Source: Octopus vulgaris (taxonomy: Eukaryota). Taken from it: a stretch of 64,000 bases of DNA. Position numbers and translations under genes: made by a program. The notes under the pieces were generated by a model. The model did no database searches. It was not told the DNA's origin and saw nothing but the letters and a program-made list of their open reading frames with translations. Positions 49,619 to 60,989 of this stretch are shown piece by piece. The stretch lies in contig OX597814.1 of NCBI GenBank assembly GCA_951406725.2, forward strand, positions 81,716,001 through 81,780,000, given 5' to 3'. Each line of letters starts with the position of its first letter. Position 1 is the first letter of the stretch.

Positions 49619-52350
49619 AAATCATGCAGCTGGCTTTTTACAACTGCCATCATACAATCAATAACTTTAGTCAGGTGGTTAAGAGCTATATTTAAGAGTA
49701 CTGTCACTCAGTGGATAAACATACCATTTTAGCTATGAAGCTCACTTAGAGTCAATGTTAGATTAAGGACCCTCCAGAGTTTTTCAAAATATCTATGTCA
49801 AAAAAATAAAAAAACACATGTACACCAATGCTCAAGATGGCCAACATTTATGAACATAGCATTTTTCTAGCCTTATTAGTTATATTGAAATGAGTAGAAT
49901 GTGGTTAAATCAAACCAGTATCTGCCCACAGCTGTGAAATGAATGTCCCAGCTAGTATAGCATTGAGGATGTTAGATGAAACTCCTTCCTGAGGTTGTTA
50001 GCTGCACTCATGTTATTTTTGAAGGAACACTCAAGTTAAAATTGAAATTTCAAAAACCTTTGACTGTTTGTTACCCACTATTTTCTGTTATTGCCTTTTG
50101 ATACCCTTTCTTGATTTTGTTGTAACAGCAATCTTCGAAAGACCCTTATCTTGAAATATTATTAACATTTTCAGCCATCAATATGAACTTTTGGTTATAT
50201 TTTGATGCATTCATTTTTATTGGCCACTTTTGTGTTCTTGCTTTTTTTTTTATTGCTAGTACATTTTTGTTAACATTTGTTTATATTTTTTCTCCTTGCT
50301 CCATTTTTTTCTGGTTTTTGCTTCTTACTCTCATGGTCATTTCTCTGGTAGTTGTAGCAGAAGTACAATTGCTCTTGACCTTTAGCTACCCACATTATGG
50401 CTTTTTACTTTTAGCTACCTATTTTTAGTACATTCCATTTAGCTTTACTTGAACTATCACCCCTTAACATGATGAACTAACCTAGCATCCCTACATTTAA
50501 GGGACGATTTTTCCTGCTAATTTCAGAGGGAAGTGAATTTGCTTCGAGCGAGTTTTGGATCTTTGACAATGAGAGCAGTGTATTCACTTTGCAGCTTCAG
50601 CAAGAACAGAATTATAACCTGAATCCTTGATACTATGCTTCACGTTTTTCTAACTTTTCATCTTCAACTTCTATAAGCATTTGAATCTCTGTAATTTATT
50701 GACAATTATTAATGTCCTACCAGTTTGCTGTATTTCACTTTAGCAATGGTAATAAACATTTCAGCCTGGTCAATTTTAACTTGCCTTTGCATTTTCTTAC
50801 TGATATTCATCCTGACTTATCTTAATCAAAAAACATTAGATTATCAGGTCTAAAACTACATCGCATTTCACACAACAACCACGAACACTCATTGCTAAAG
50901 TTCTAAGATCAACTTGGTTACAGATATATTAAATTGAAGATCACACTGAAGGAAGGAAAGGAATTGTTTTTGAACTGTTCTGCTATTCAAAAGACAATTT
51001 TGATCTGATTCACTGTCTTGGCAATATTAACCCTTTAACATTCAGATTACTCTGTCAAATGTAATGCTTATTTATTCACGTTGTGTTAAATTAATCATGC
51101 ATTATTTAGTAGCTTTTAGATTTCAGTGATGTGATTGTTTATTTCACAACCATTTAAGTGCAAAGTGCTCCTCACAAACATGTTCATGAGATGGTTGTGA
51201 TCTATAAACAGTTTTGAGAAGGAACCAGAAAGAGAAGTATGAACACGCAATGAGCATGTATACACCGAATTAGTAAAATGGAAGAGTAGAACAGAAGTGC
51301 AATGCGCATGTCAAAATAAAACAGGAGAGAAGAATAGAACAAGTTATATGATGGTCTTCATGCCATGTCTGACACCACTATCATGCAGTTTCACAGTAAT
51401 TTTCTTGTTTACAGAGTGGCATTGTTGGGTAGGTGTGAGAGGTTAGATCTGGCTGGTTTAAACATAAAAGAGGTAGAATATTTGGGCCTGATATGGCTAG
51501 TTTAAATGCTAAAGAGTTATGGTTTTCTTTCTTTTTGTAATTTTCTAGCTAAAGACATTTCTCACGATTATGCTATTTCTACCATACTAGTGTTGAGACC
51601 AATACAAAATGGTTCATGTTTGTTAAAAGCATTGGTGGGAATCTTGTACAGAAATGAGTGGAATGTGGTTAAATAAAACCAGTATCTGCTCACTGCTGTA
51701 AAATGAATGTTCCAGTTAGTAAAACACTGAGGATGTTAAATGCAACCCCTTCCTGAGGTTGTCAGCTGCAGTCACGTTATATTTGAAGGAACACCCAGGT
51801 CAAAATTATTGTCTGTGACTTTGTAGTTCCTCCTGAAAGAATACATCTTCACAGGTTCTTTTATTTATGTAGGTTTCACAGAAATCAATACTCTAACAAC
51901 AAAACAAAGTTAATCAAACTTGACATAGTTGTCATGGAGACAATCAGGTAAGAATTTATACAAGCTATGACAGCATTTTTAGCTCAGCCAGTAGCTTTCC
52001 TATAAATTCCGGAAACAAATATGGACACAACCAAAACCAGTCTTCCAGTAGCTGCTGGATAAAATGGCAATGATTTTTCACATATAAAAAAAAAAATGAC
52101 ATACATGTCTGTATTTACTCATACTCTCAAGTCAGATTCATTAGAGCTGTCACCATAAAATATTATCTTTAGTCAGGTAACTTAATGTTATATTTAAAAA
52201 GTCCAATTAATTGGTTGATAAAAGTATCATATTAGTCACGAAAGCAACCTAAGGGTCTATCAACATTAAGTTGAGAATATTTAAAAATATGCATACAAAA
52301 CACTGAAATACAAAATGGCTGACATCTATGAAGAATAGCATATTTCTCCA
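49135..52350. repeat. Diverged direct duplication with permuted block order (X-Y ... Y'-X')
   Basis: Y at 49887-50043 matches Y' at 51651-51808. X at 49135-49885 matches X' at 51881-52350, e.g. CATGGA(A/G)ACAATCAGGT(G/A)AGAATT, CCGGAAACA, TTTAGTCAGGT. Confidence 0.75.
51027..51519 (+). mobile_element. piggyBac-type MITE with an internal insertion of about 260 bp (about 51145-51410)
   Basis: TTAA|CCCTTTAACATTCAG...AAATGCTAAAGAG|TTA. The MITE halves flank unrelated sequence. Confidence 0.78.
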
Positions 52351-52899
52351 GCCATATAAATCATAAGATCAGTCTGGTTAAAAATACATTGAATTGCAGA
52401 ACATATTTAAAACAATGAATATTGAATACACTTTTTTGATTTAATATGCCATTTGTGTGATACTGAAGTATTTTTTTTTTTTAATTCCCTGGCTAAAAAT
52501 ACAATTCTCAACCATGTACCAACATATCAATATCATTCCCATATTTTTAGTGACAATGTGGTATTGAACTGGAATCATTATATGATTTACAAGTAAAGCA
52601 CTACTGGACCCTTGAAGTGTCTCTTGCAGAGCCCTAAGTTGTGAGAAAACAGATGCCTACACACCATTCTTTACCAACGTAGATCAGTTCCAGATGATGC
52701 TCTTTCCACAGAACTGTATTCTAATAGCAATGAAAGTGTCAACAATTTTGCTTCTCATTCTACTTCCTGACACAAGTCTTGCCTTTTGAAATACAATTCT
52801 AAGTTAGCAAAGGCAAAGAAAAAGAAAGAGCACAAACCTAATGACAGAAAGAAAAAGCTCAATAAGCACAAAACAATAAAGAAAATGAAGAAACTGTTC

Positions 52900-54703
52900 T
52901 CCACAAAGTTTCAATATTGATGCAAGTAAAAAAACATTCAAGATGGGATCATGGAGCAAAACAATACCGGCTTTTAACTAAGAATACTTAGAGAAGATCT
53001 AATTGCATTGGAGCTAAATGCTATTTGATGTGTCTCATTCAAGTTGAGAAATTTGTACTGTAATCTGATTTGTAAGCAGAGCCAAACATCTAAAAACACA
53101 AATAAGATAATGAATGAGTTTTGGGTATTTGAGGAACTGATCAGGTACATCGAGAAATTTGTGAACTCTAGAACTCTTTTTCAAGCTGTCCAAGATCCAT
53201 TCTTTGAAGTGACATGAACCATGAGAAATATGCTTAATGATGATCTGAAAATTTGAGATTACTTAGAAGATACTCTCATCCCAAACCAAAGCTGCTTCGA
53301 TTGTAAGGATAACTCAATTTAGCTGTAAAGACATCAAATTCACTGGTTATTGTCAAAATGAAGATCAAGAAGGCTCACACTCCTAAAACATCAAATCTTT
53401 TGTTTTCGTGATCTTGAATAGCTCCAGTTTGAAAGATCAAGACAAGCTAAACTCCCTCAACATTATTAAGAATACAAAACTATAAAGACCAGACACATTC
53501 TAGAGCTTGAGGTACCCCTTCCTTATCTACACTGGCATTAATGTCCATGCATCGAAGAAAAGCAAGAATTTCATACAGGCTTTATCACATCTTATGACAG
53601 AATTAACATCTTTCCATAGTGCCAGAATCAGCCTTTTCATGTTTGAAGGTAATGCGAGTAGACTAACAATTGCAATACCATCAAATTGTGAAATAGTCTC
53701 TTCTCAAAAAATGTTATTTTGAAGACAATTGTTGTCACAGTGCCAAAATGTGACATATTCCTACTCAAGAGCTGCATAGATCAAGCCAGAGCATGGGAAC
53801 ACAGCTGGGTGGAGTATGCATTGCTATTTTTAAAGAAAAATCTTCAGTAGTGCAGATACCAGCTCATGGATTGTCCATCATACCTACAAAATGTCTGGCA
53901 GACCCTTTGGCATAAAATTAAAGAGCAATCTTCCTCTGTTCTACAAGAATTTTGCCCCTTTGTGATAGTCAAACATGGCATGGATGTTCAGAGACAAACA
54001 GTCAAATTTCTGAATTCAGAACAAATCCTAGTCATAACATTTGACCAACCTCCATTTGTAGTGGAAATAGTCTGGCACGCATGGTAAAGAGGCCATGTCG
54101 TTATGCTAAATGATCTGCACACACAAATCACTCACTGAAATACAATGGTGGATGTTTTGGATGGTCCTTGCTAGACAACAGCCCTCACAGCAATAGCAGT
54201 AACATTCTCTGGAAGAGATGATTCATGTCTAAAGGAAGAACTCTAAGCTGCCACCAGGTATATCAATCTGGTCATACCTCAAAATTTTGAGCATGTCATG
54301 ACCCGGAAAAATAACAAGTAGAAAAGCATGTTTATGAGACAGGGCCTTATTAGGGAGATATGAAATTAAGAGTGTTGATATAGGAACTGTTTACGAAAAA
54401 ATAAAGTTCTGAATGTAAAATGTAAATAGCAGTAGTTGTTCTAATAAACACCAAGGACATTTGTTTCAGCTTTATGACTCCTAGGACAGGGAAACAAAAA
54501 AAAATTATGCCTCACATATCAAGCAAATATGAAACATGATAGGAACTTAAATATTTTTTTTATTCTTTATATTTTTAAAATGAATATTTTAAAAATTTGT
54601 AAAAGCTTGCAGGCTAATATGAATAGGTCCTAAGAGAGTACTATGTCAAATATGAAGCTGTTATCTGTCCAGTAATAGAAATTTTACTAAGCCTTCTGAT
54701 TAC
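52900..54703 (+). mobile_element. Decayed large DNA transposon, probably Academ-like
   Basis: IVKHGMDVQRQTVKFLNSEQILVITFDQP...HVVMLNDLHT...VLDGPC.TTALT (the TFDQPL / MLGGLH-type block). It ends ...TTTTACTAAGCCTTCTGATTA. The superfamily is assigned from memory of motifs, and the left boundary is uncertain. Confidence 0.5.
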
Positions 54704-55672
54704 TTCTCATCTCATATAGAACAACACACGTAATGTAACCAAGCAATAAAATTGATTTTTTTTTGCACTAGATTCAAGGCCTTTATTGTTCATAGATTGA
54801 TATAGTTTGTATTGGGTAAGTATAATGAATTGATTATATATTAATACTTCTATGATTAGTCAAGTAACCCTTTAGGTAATTGGGGAACTGCTACTGAAGA
54901 TCTTAGTCTCTAAGTAGTAATTAAAAAATGTGCACACTTGGAATGGTTTCCTTACTGCCTCTTCAACACAAGTAAATCTAATAGAACACTTATGAATCTT
55001 AACGTGCTACTGTTGCTTGCTTTACAGCTGTAAGATATATCTTCTAAGGAAGGAAGCCTTTATGCAGTCACTCAACCTTCTAGAAATAGCAGCCAGATCT
55101 ATCTCAAATAACATCATACTGTCTTTAAAATACATGTCTAGATATATCAGACCTGAGAAAAAAAAAAAGTTAGATAGTCACAGATGGAATGCCTTTGATG
55201 ATAGTTCTTAATCAAGGCTGATTTGAGGTAAAATAACAGCTTTCGAATACATATTTAAAGCTATAAAATATGGCTATTAAGAGTCCTGGAAAATGATGTA
55301 GGTTCTATCAGTTTCTGATCACAGCCAGGACATGAACTATAAACTTGTCAGCCGTTTACCTGGTACCATGTGTTACTTAATGTATTAACTTTAAGGTTCT
55401 GCACTTAGAACAAGGAAGTATGTAGCATAACTATTAACAGTAAACCTTATCTAGCCCAGCTTATTCATCTCTATTGTTGGATGAACTTTTTTTCAGAAAA
55501 AAAAGAAAGAAGACTGATAAGGCAAGACATGTATTTTATTAGTGTTAGTCACTGGACTGTGGCCATACTGATTGCTGCATTCAAGTGTCTTAGTAGATAA
55601 TATTGACCTCAATACATATTTCAGTCTGATACTTAACAATCTGTTTTTTGAATAGCTATAAATTTATATATA

Positions 55673-56488
55673 CATGGTCTGATCAATAAGTATCCGGACT
55701 GTTGCTATAGTAACGAAGCTAAAGCACACAGAGTGAAGCTGCTTGGCAAAGACTGACCTTGAACTCTGCTGTGCATGTGCACTAAGTTTTAGTGATTTAG
55801 TTTACTTATGCTGTTTACGGCAGTGCTTGGAAGGAAGGTGTGCAGCATGCGATCGTCACATTGACCATGACAGAATCTCCATCGAATTTTGCCAAAAGCT
55901 TGGCACAAAGTTTTCATTGTTCTCAACACAATCAAGATCTCGTGCAATTGAAACCCTGAGTGTCGGCTGAAAGCAGTTTTGGCACAAACTTGACAGACAT
56001 GCGTCTCATACCCAAATCTTCAGTGATAATGAACTGAACTGACCTGTAACTAATCTGCACATCCTCTGCTAACTCATGGATGGTGATCTGACAATTTCCA
56101 CATACATCTGCGATGTTTTTCTCAGTTCTACTGGTTGCAGGTCTCCCAGAATGTTCGTCATTATCAACATTTTCCCGGTCATCTTGGAAATGTCTGAACC
56201 ACTCATATACTTGTGTGTGGCTCATACACTCCTCTCCATACACTTCCTGCAACTTTGCATAAGCCTCTGAGTAGGTATTACCATGACAACTTTCTCTGTT
56301 ATGGTCAATGCAATGAACGCATACAACACCCCTTCCTTCCAAGTCCTGCTGTAAACAGCAGAAGTGAGCTTGAATGTTAAAACAGTGTACATGCACAGCA
56401 GAGTTCAAGGTCAATCTTTGCTGAGCAGCTTCACTCTGCATGCTTTGTTACTATGGCAACAGTTCGGATACTTATTGGTGAGACCTCA
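55673..56488 (-). mobile_element. Mariner derivative with two inverted 5' ends (inverted arms of about 200 bp) and an N-terminal transposase remnant
   Basis: The left end CATGGTCTGATCAATAAGTATCCGGACTGTTGC... mirrors the right end ...GCAACAGTTCGGATACTTATTGGTGAGACC. The minus ORF reads LQEVYGEECMSHTQVYEWFRHFQDDRENVDNDEHSGRP...LGMRRMSVKFVPKLL. Confidence 0.88.
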
Positions 56489-56557
56489 GATATATATCTT
56501 TAGTAGTTCATATATTCAAGAAAGAAGCACACTCTAAAGCATAAGAGCAGTAATATA

Positions 56558-56775
56558 TTTTTAGGAAGTTAAAAGTTATGGCTGGCCATAGAGTGATCAT
56601 TGGTTTCACATTTATAAAGTGCTTAGCAGAGAAGACAACTTGTCAAGCTCTAATGGCTGAAGACTGAAATGCCTTCAGCCATTTGAATCTTCATGAGTCA
56701 CTTATACTGCTAAGCGCTTTATAAGTGTGAAACTAATGGTCACTATGTTCAGCAATAACTTTTAACTTCCTAAAA
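56558..56775. repeat. Imperfect palindrome of about 220 bp, probably an inverted Penelope-like terminal repeat
   Basis: TTTTAGGAAGTTAAAAGTTAT...TTTCACATTTATAAAGTGCTTAGCAG is mirrored by CTGCTAAGCGCTTTATAAGTGTGAAA...ATAACTTTTAACTTCCTAAAA. A central small hairpin is TGGCTGAAG...CTTCAGCCA. Confidence 0.8.
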
Positions 56776-57431
56776 TAATATATATAATTTATCTAAATGA
56801 TATTTATCTCTCACCAGATGGAGTACTGTTTTTGTTGAATTTTCTATCATGAATCAGCACATTATGTGTATATATATAAATATTAAAAAATACACACAAG
56901 CCAAAGGAGCTAGAACAGTGTCATGCAATATAATCTTTGCAGGTCCTTCTGCATTGGTAGGATTGATATGGCTCTCTGCCGGCCTGAACTTTTGCAAGGC
57001 ATTGCCTACAAGAAAAAAATGTGGGTGAGCATGAAACAAGAGTGTTTGGTCTGAATGCTTGCAAAGTAGCCAAGGATAGTGTTAAACCAAACAACATGTT
57101 AAGCCTATTTGAATTTTATTTTTAGGCCCTTAAGAACTTGATAACTGCAGCTTGAGGTGTAGATGTTTCTTAGTGTCTTCTGCATATTCTGGCATTAAAA
57201 AAAACAAATGAGCCAAAAATGAAGTCATTATATGGTTGCTCTACCTCATAACAGAAATAGTATTAAACCTCTCAAAACGCATTTTAAAGATTTAAGGATA
57301 AAAGGGCACATTGGCTAATATAGCCTTCAGTAAAAAATGTCATTAATGTTAAGGTCACAACTAGAAGGCATTTTGATCAAAAGTGTATGGGGTTAATTAA
57401 CAATTAAAAAAAAAACTCCAAAAAACTATTG

Positions 57432-57623
57432 TGAAGTATATTTGCCACCTAAATGTGGCGGTCCCATAGGGGACGATGCTACTGTTCTTTATAGCCCCAG
57501 GAAGACATCTCCAGCCTTCCTGGGCTATAAAGAACAGTAGCATCATCTCCTGTGGGACTGCCATATTTAGGTGGCAAATATACTTCATGATTCCATGCTG
57601 CTGCTATTTACTTCTCACTCAGA
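57432..57623. repeat. Near-perfect hairpin (arms of about 72 bp, loop of about 11 nt) made from the same Penelope-like terminal repeat as 5735-6095
   Basis: TGAAGTATATTTGCCACCTAAAT...CCCAGGAAG / CTTCCTGGG...ATTTAGGTGGCAAATATACTTCA. 57588-57623 is approximately the reverse complement of 6021-6056. Confidence 0.88.
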
Positions 57624-59599
57624 AAAAAAACCATGTTTGTTACCTATAAGGACTAACTATATTTGAAAGAAAGCATGAAGGTGAATTAAAAGATATTCAC
57701 AAGTGGATCCAAACACATAACAATACTAATAAATGAAAACAAACTTTTCCTACACAGAGCAAAAGCACTTTAAAATTTTCTATAGGTATTAGACTATGAA
57801 AAATGATAAGAATATAATTAACTGATCTGCTCCTCTCTTCATGAGACACTGCATGAAATTATATGATCTGAAGTATGCACTAAGTTATCACTGTTTAGCT
57901 CCAGGTTAACTCTAAATGAGTAAACCCATGATCAAAGGTGTTCCAACTACAACTATCCCATCATTTTATGCCAACTATTTCAATGTCCAACATATCCTTC
58001 ATTAATATAATTTGAGGGACATTTGGTACTATTTTTAGCAGGTTTAATATCCACACAGAATGCCCGTTGTTAGCTAGTATTAATCCTGTTTGAGTAAACC
58101 TTTGATAAAAGATTTTTTTCCAGCTATGATCATCAGGTATGAGGAATTTTTTGGTGGTGGGTAAGGACAGGAGGGAGCCTATGTTATCTAATGTGTTCTC
58201 CTTTTGAAGACAGGAGTAGCCAGTCTTTGTAATGCCCAACATCTATGCTAATTGTGGTAATGTAGAATTAAGTGTTCTGTGAAAAAGTAGAGCGTCTAAT
58301 AACTTAATAATCATTTTTTCCTCTATGAAATAATATTTCATCGACCCACAAGATCAGAAAAGTAGAAACAAGTAACATCTGAACTAAGAAACACCAGTCA
58401 CTGAACTAAATACTTTATGTGCACTAATGCTTGATATAAAAGATATACAATGATGGTCTTATATTAAAAAGTAATAAGGTGGTGAGCTTGCAGAATTGTT
58501 AGCATGCTGGGCAAGATGCTTAGTGGCATTTTGTCCATCTAAACATTGAGTTCAAATTCTGCCAAAGTTGACTTTGCTTTTCACCCCTTTCACTGGGGTT
58601 AATTTAAATCAACTTGGCCTCCCCCCAAAACTGCCGGCATTGTGTCAAAAATTTGAAACCAGTATTTAAAAGTAATATGAACACAATAGGAAAAATTTGG
58701 GATTGGGAAATCTTTTAACTAGAACAAGAGGCATACTGCAGAACTGTTCAACTTGTGCTGGCTTGTAAAAAAGGAAAGAAAGTTTTGTGAGAGGGTAACA
58801 CAGGTGATAAGGTATTAATCTTACAAGCTAATCTTAAATTAACATCAGGAAATATTTTATCTGAATCTACTACATATGAAAAGAAAGCATTGCTGAAGTT
58901 GGAGAAAAAGTACAAAAAGAAAAAGCCAATGAAATGAACACTGTGGCCTTTCTATACAATATGGCATGTCTGACTGCTTCATTGTTTTTCCACAAAAGAA
59001 AACAAAGCAACAGTTCAAGAATTATGGAAGAAAATATCTAAGACATTAATGGGAAAGAGAAAAAAAAATTATGGGCCAGCCTTTCAGTTCTGATTATCTG
59101 ATATGCTAAAGGTGAAAAGAAATACTTTCTTTACAAAATAATTCAATAGTCAGGAAAATATTATTCTGATGCAGATATTTCCTGGAGGAAAGTAAATAGT
59201 CAGCAAAGAAGCTGATACCCACAGATAAGAAGTAATGGATAAGAAAGTAATGGAATTTTATCCCAAGTAATTATTTTGCTTCAAATGCAAGTTGTACACA
59301 ATCAACCCATTTTAAGTTCAGGCTAAACTGTGTGGTTAGGAAGTTCATTTTGCAACCACGTGGTTTTGGATTCAGTGCCACTACACAGCACTTGAGGCAA
59401 ATGTCTTCAGCTATATCATCATTTAGCGTCTGTTTTCCATGCTGGCATGGGACTGGTAAGCCAGAGAGCTGTACCAGGTTCCAGTATGATTTGGCTCAGT
59501 CTCCATGGCTGGAAGACCTTCTTAATACCAATTACTCTAAGAGTGCAGAGGATGCCTTTTATGTGTTAACGACACTGGCCATGACAACAATTTCTCTTT

Positions 59600-59885
59600 G
59601 TCTTCTCAAGCACAGCAAATCACTAAAGGTCTCAATCACTTATTAGCTCTGTGAGACTGAACATCCAAAGTTCATACTTCACCACTTTGACCCATGTCTT
59701 CCTGGGTCTACCACTTCCATAGGTTCCCTCTACAGAGATTGGCACTTCTTTATGCAGCTGTCCTCATCCATATGCATCACATGACCATACCAGCGCAGTC
59801 TTCTCTCTTGCACACCACGTCTGATGCCTCTTATGCTCAATTTTTCTGTTGACACTCACATTCTGATGTATGTGCACACTGACAT
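59600..59885 (-). mobile_element. RTE LINE 3' ORF fragment
   Basis: The minus strand matches 44390-44680 (SVH...EKLSIRGIRRGVQERRLRWYGHVMHMDE...GRPRKTW). Confidence 0.8.
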
Positions 59886-60989
59886 AGCCCATAAGAGAAT
59901 TTGGTAGATGGAAACTATAAAGAAGCTTGTTGTGTGCATATGCGTGTCTCATTTACTGGACATTGTGCAGCAATTATAAACGAATATTGCCACTATACAA
60001 ATGGTGATGCTTGCTTGTAATCTTCTGTGAAAACATGTCCAGACTAGAGGAAAATATTACCTCCCTAGTAAACAGTTGAAGACTGACAACAAGCTGGGCA
60101 TCCAGAAGTAGAAATATTTGCCTCAATAAATTTTGCCTGACACATGCATGAATGGAAAAATAGACGTTAAAACAATGATGATGACGGTGTTATTACAGCT
60201 TGTTACCTCTCTCATTTGCAGCAAAGAAAGAGGTTGATCAGTGCAGAATATATATATTTTAATCTTCTTGGTAACTGCCATAAAGTATCTAGGCAATACA
60301 CTTCTGACTTTTAAATAGATAACTATGTAACTTAGATATATCTGCTGTACCATTTGAACTTACACTGTTTGCTTGTTTTTTCAAGAGTAGAGAATTAAAG
60401 CCTCACAAAATTGCTATTGTTGAGTTTAATTCTTTACATATAGAAAATAATAGATAAATTTTTAAAATGTTTACAAATTCCTTTTTTCAATTCAAATGGT
60501 TACAGCAAGAAAGCTGAAGTAATCTCTAGTTGCCTCTCTTAAAACTCACTGCTTAGACATAGTATATTTACTCTGTCAAATCTTTTTCCTTTTCAAAACT
60601 GTGACCTCTAGAACTTTCTCTTGTTTAGACTCTCTTTGCAATTATTAACTATTAAAATGAAAAATTAGCTACACTAACCTCACCCAGCTATCCTAATTCC
60701 CACGACTGACTGAAACGGATATGAGCATTGAGGCTCTTCAGCTTTAAAAACTATCTGAGAGGAGGAAACAACCAAACAGAATTTAACCAAATTCTTTCTA
60801 ACTACTTATTTACCTAGAATTAAAATTTTTCAATAAATATTTCTATGCATTTAATATAAACGTGGACATTGGATAAATAGGTTATTAACATTAATAAACA
60901 AATACTTGGATTTAATGTCAACATTTGTATTTGCATTCAAAATACAATGACCAATGTTTGAAAAATACGATTGAACTTTCCTCAATTTT

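Noticed and set aside
50183-50428. Hydrophobic membrane-protein-like ORF, or Lys-rich antisense candidate for CHMP4 exon 1
   Set aside because: T-rich low-complexity sequence inside a decayed repeat region. Neither strand gives the Snf7 N-terminus or convincing splice sites.
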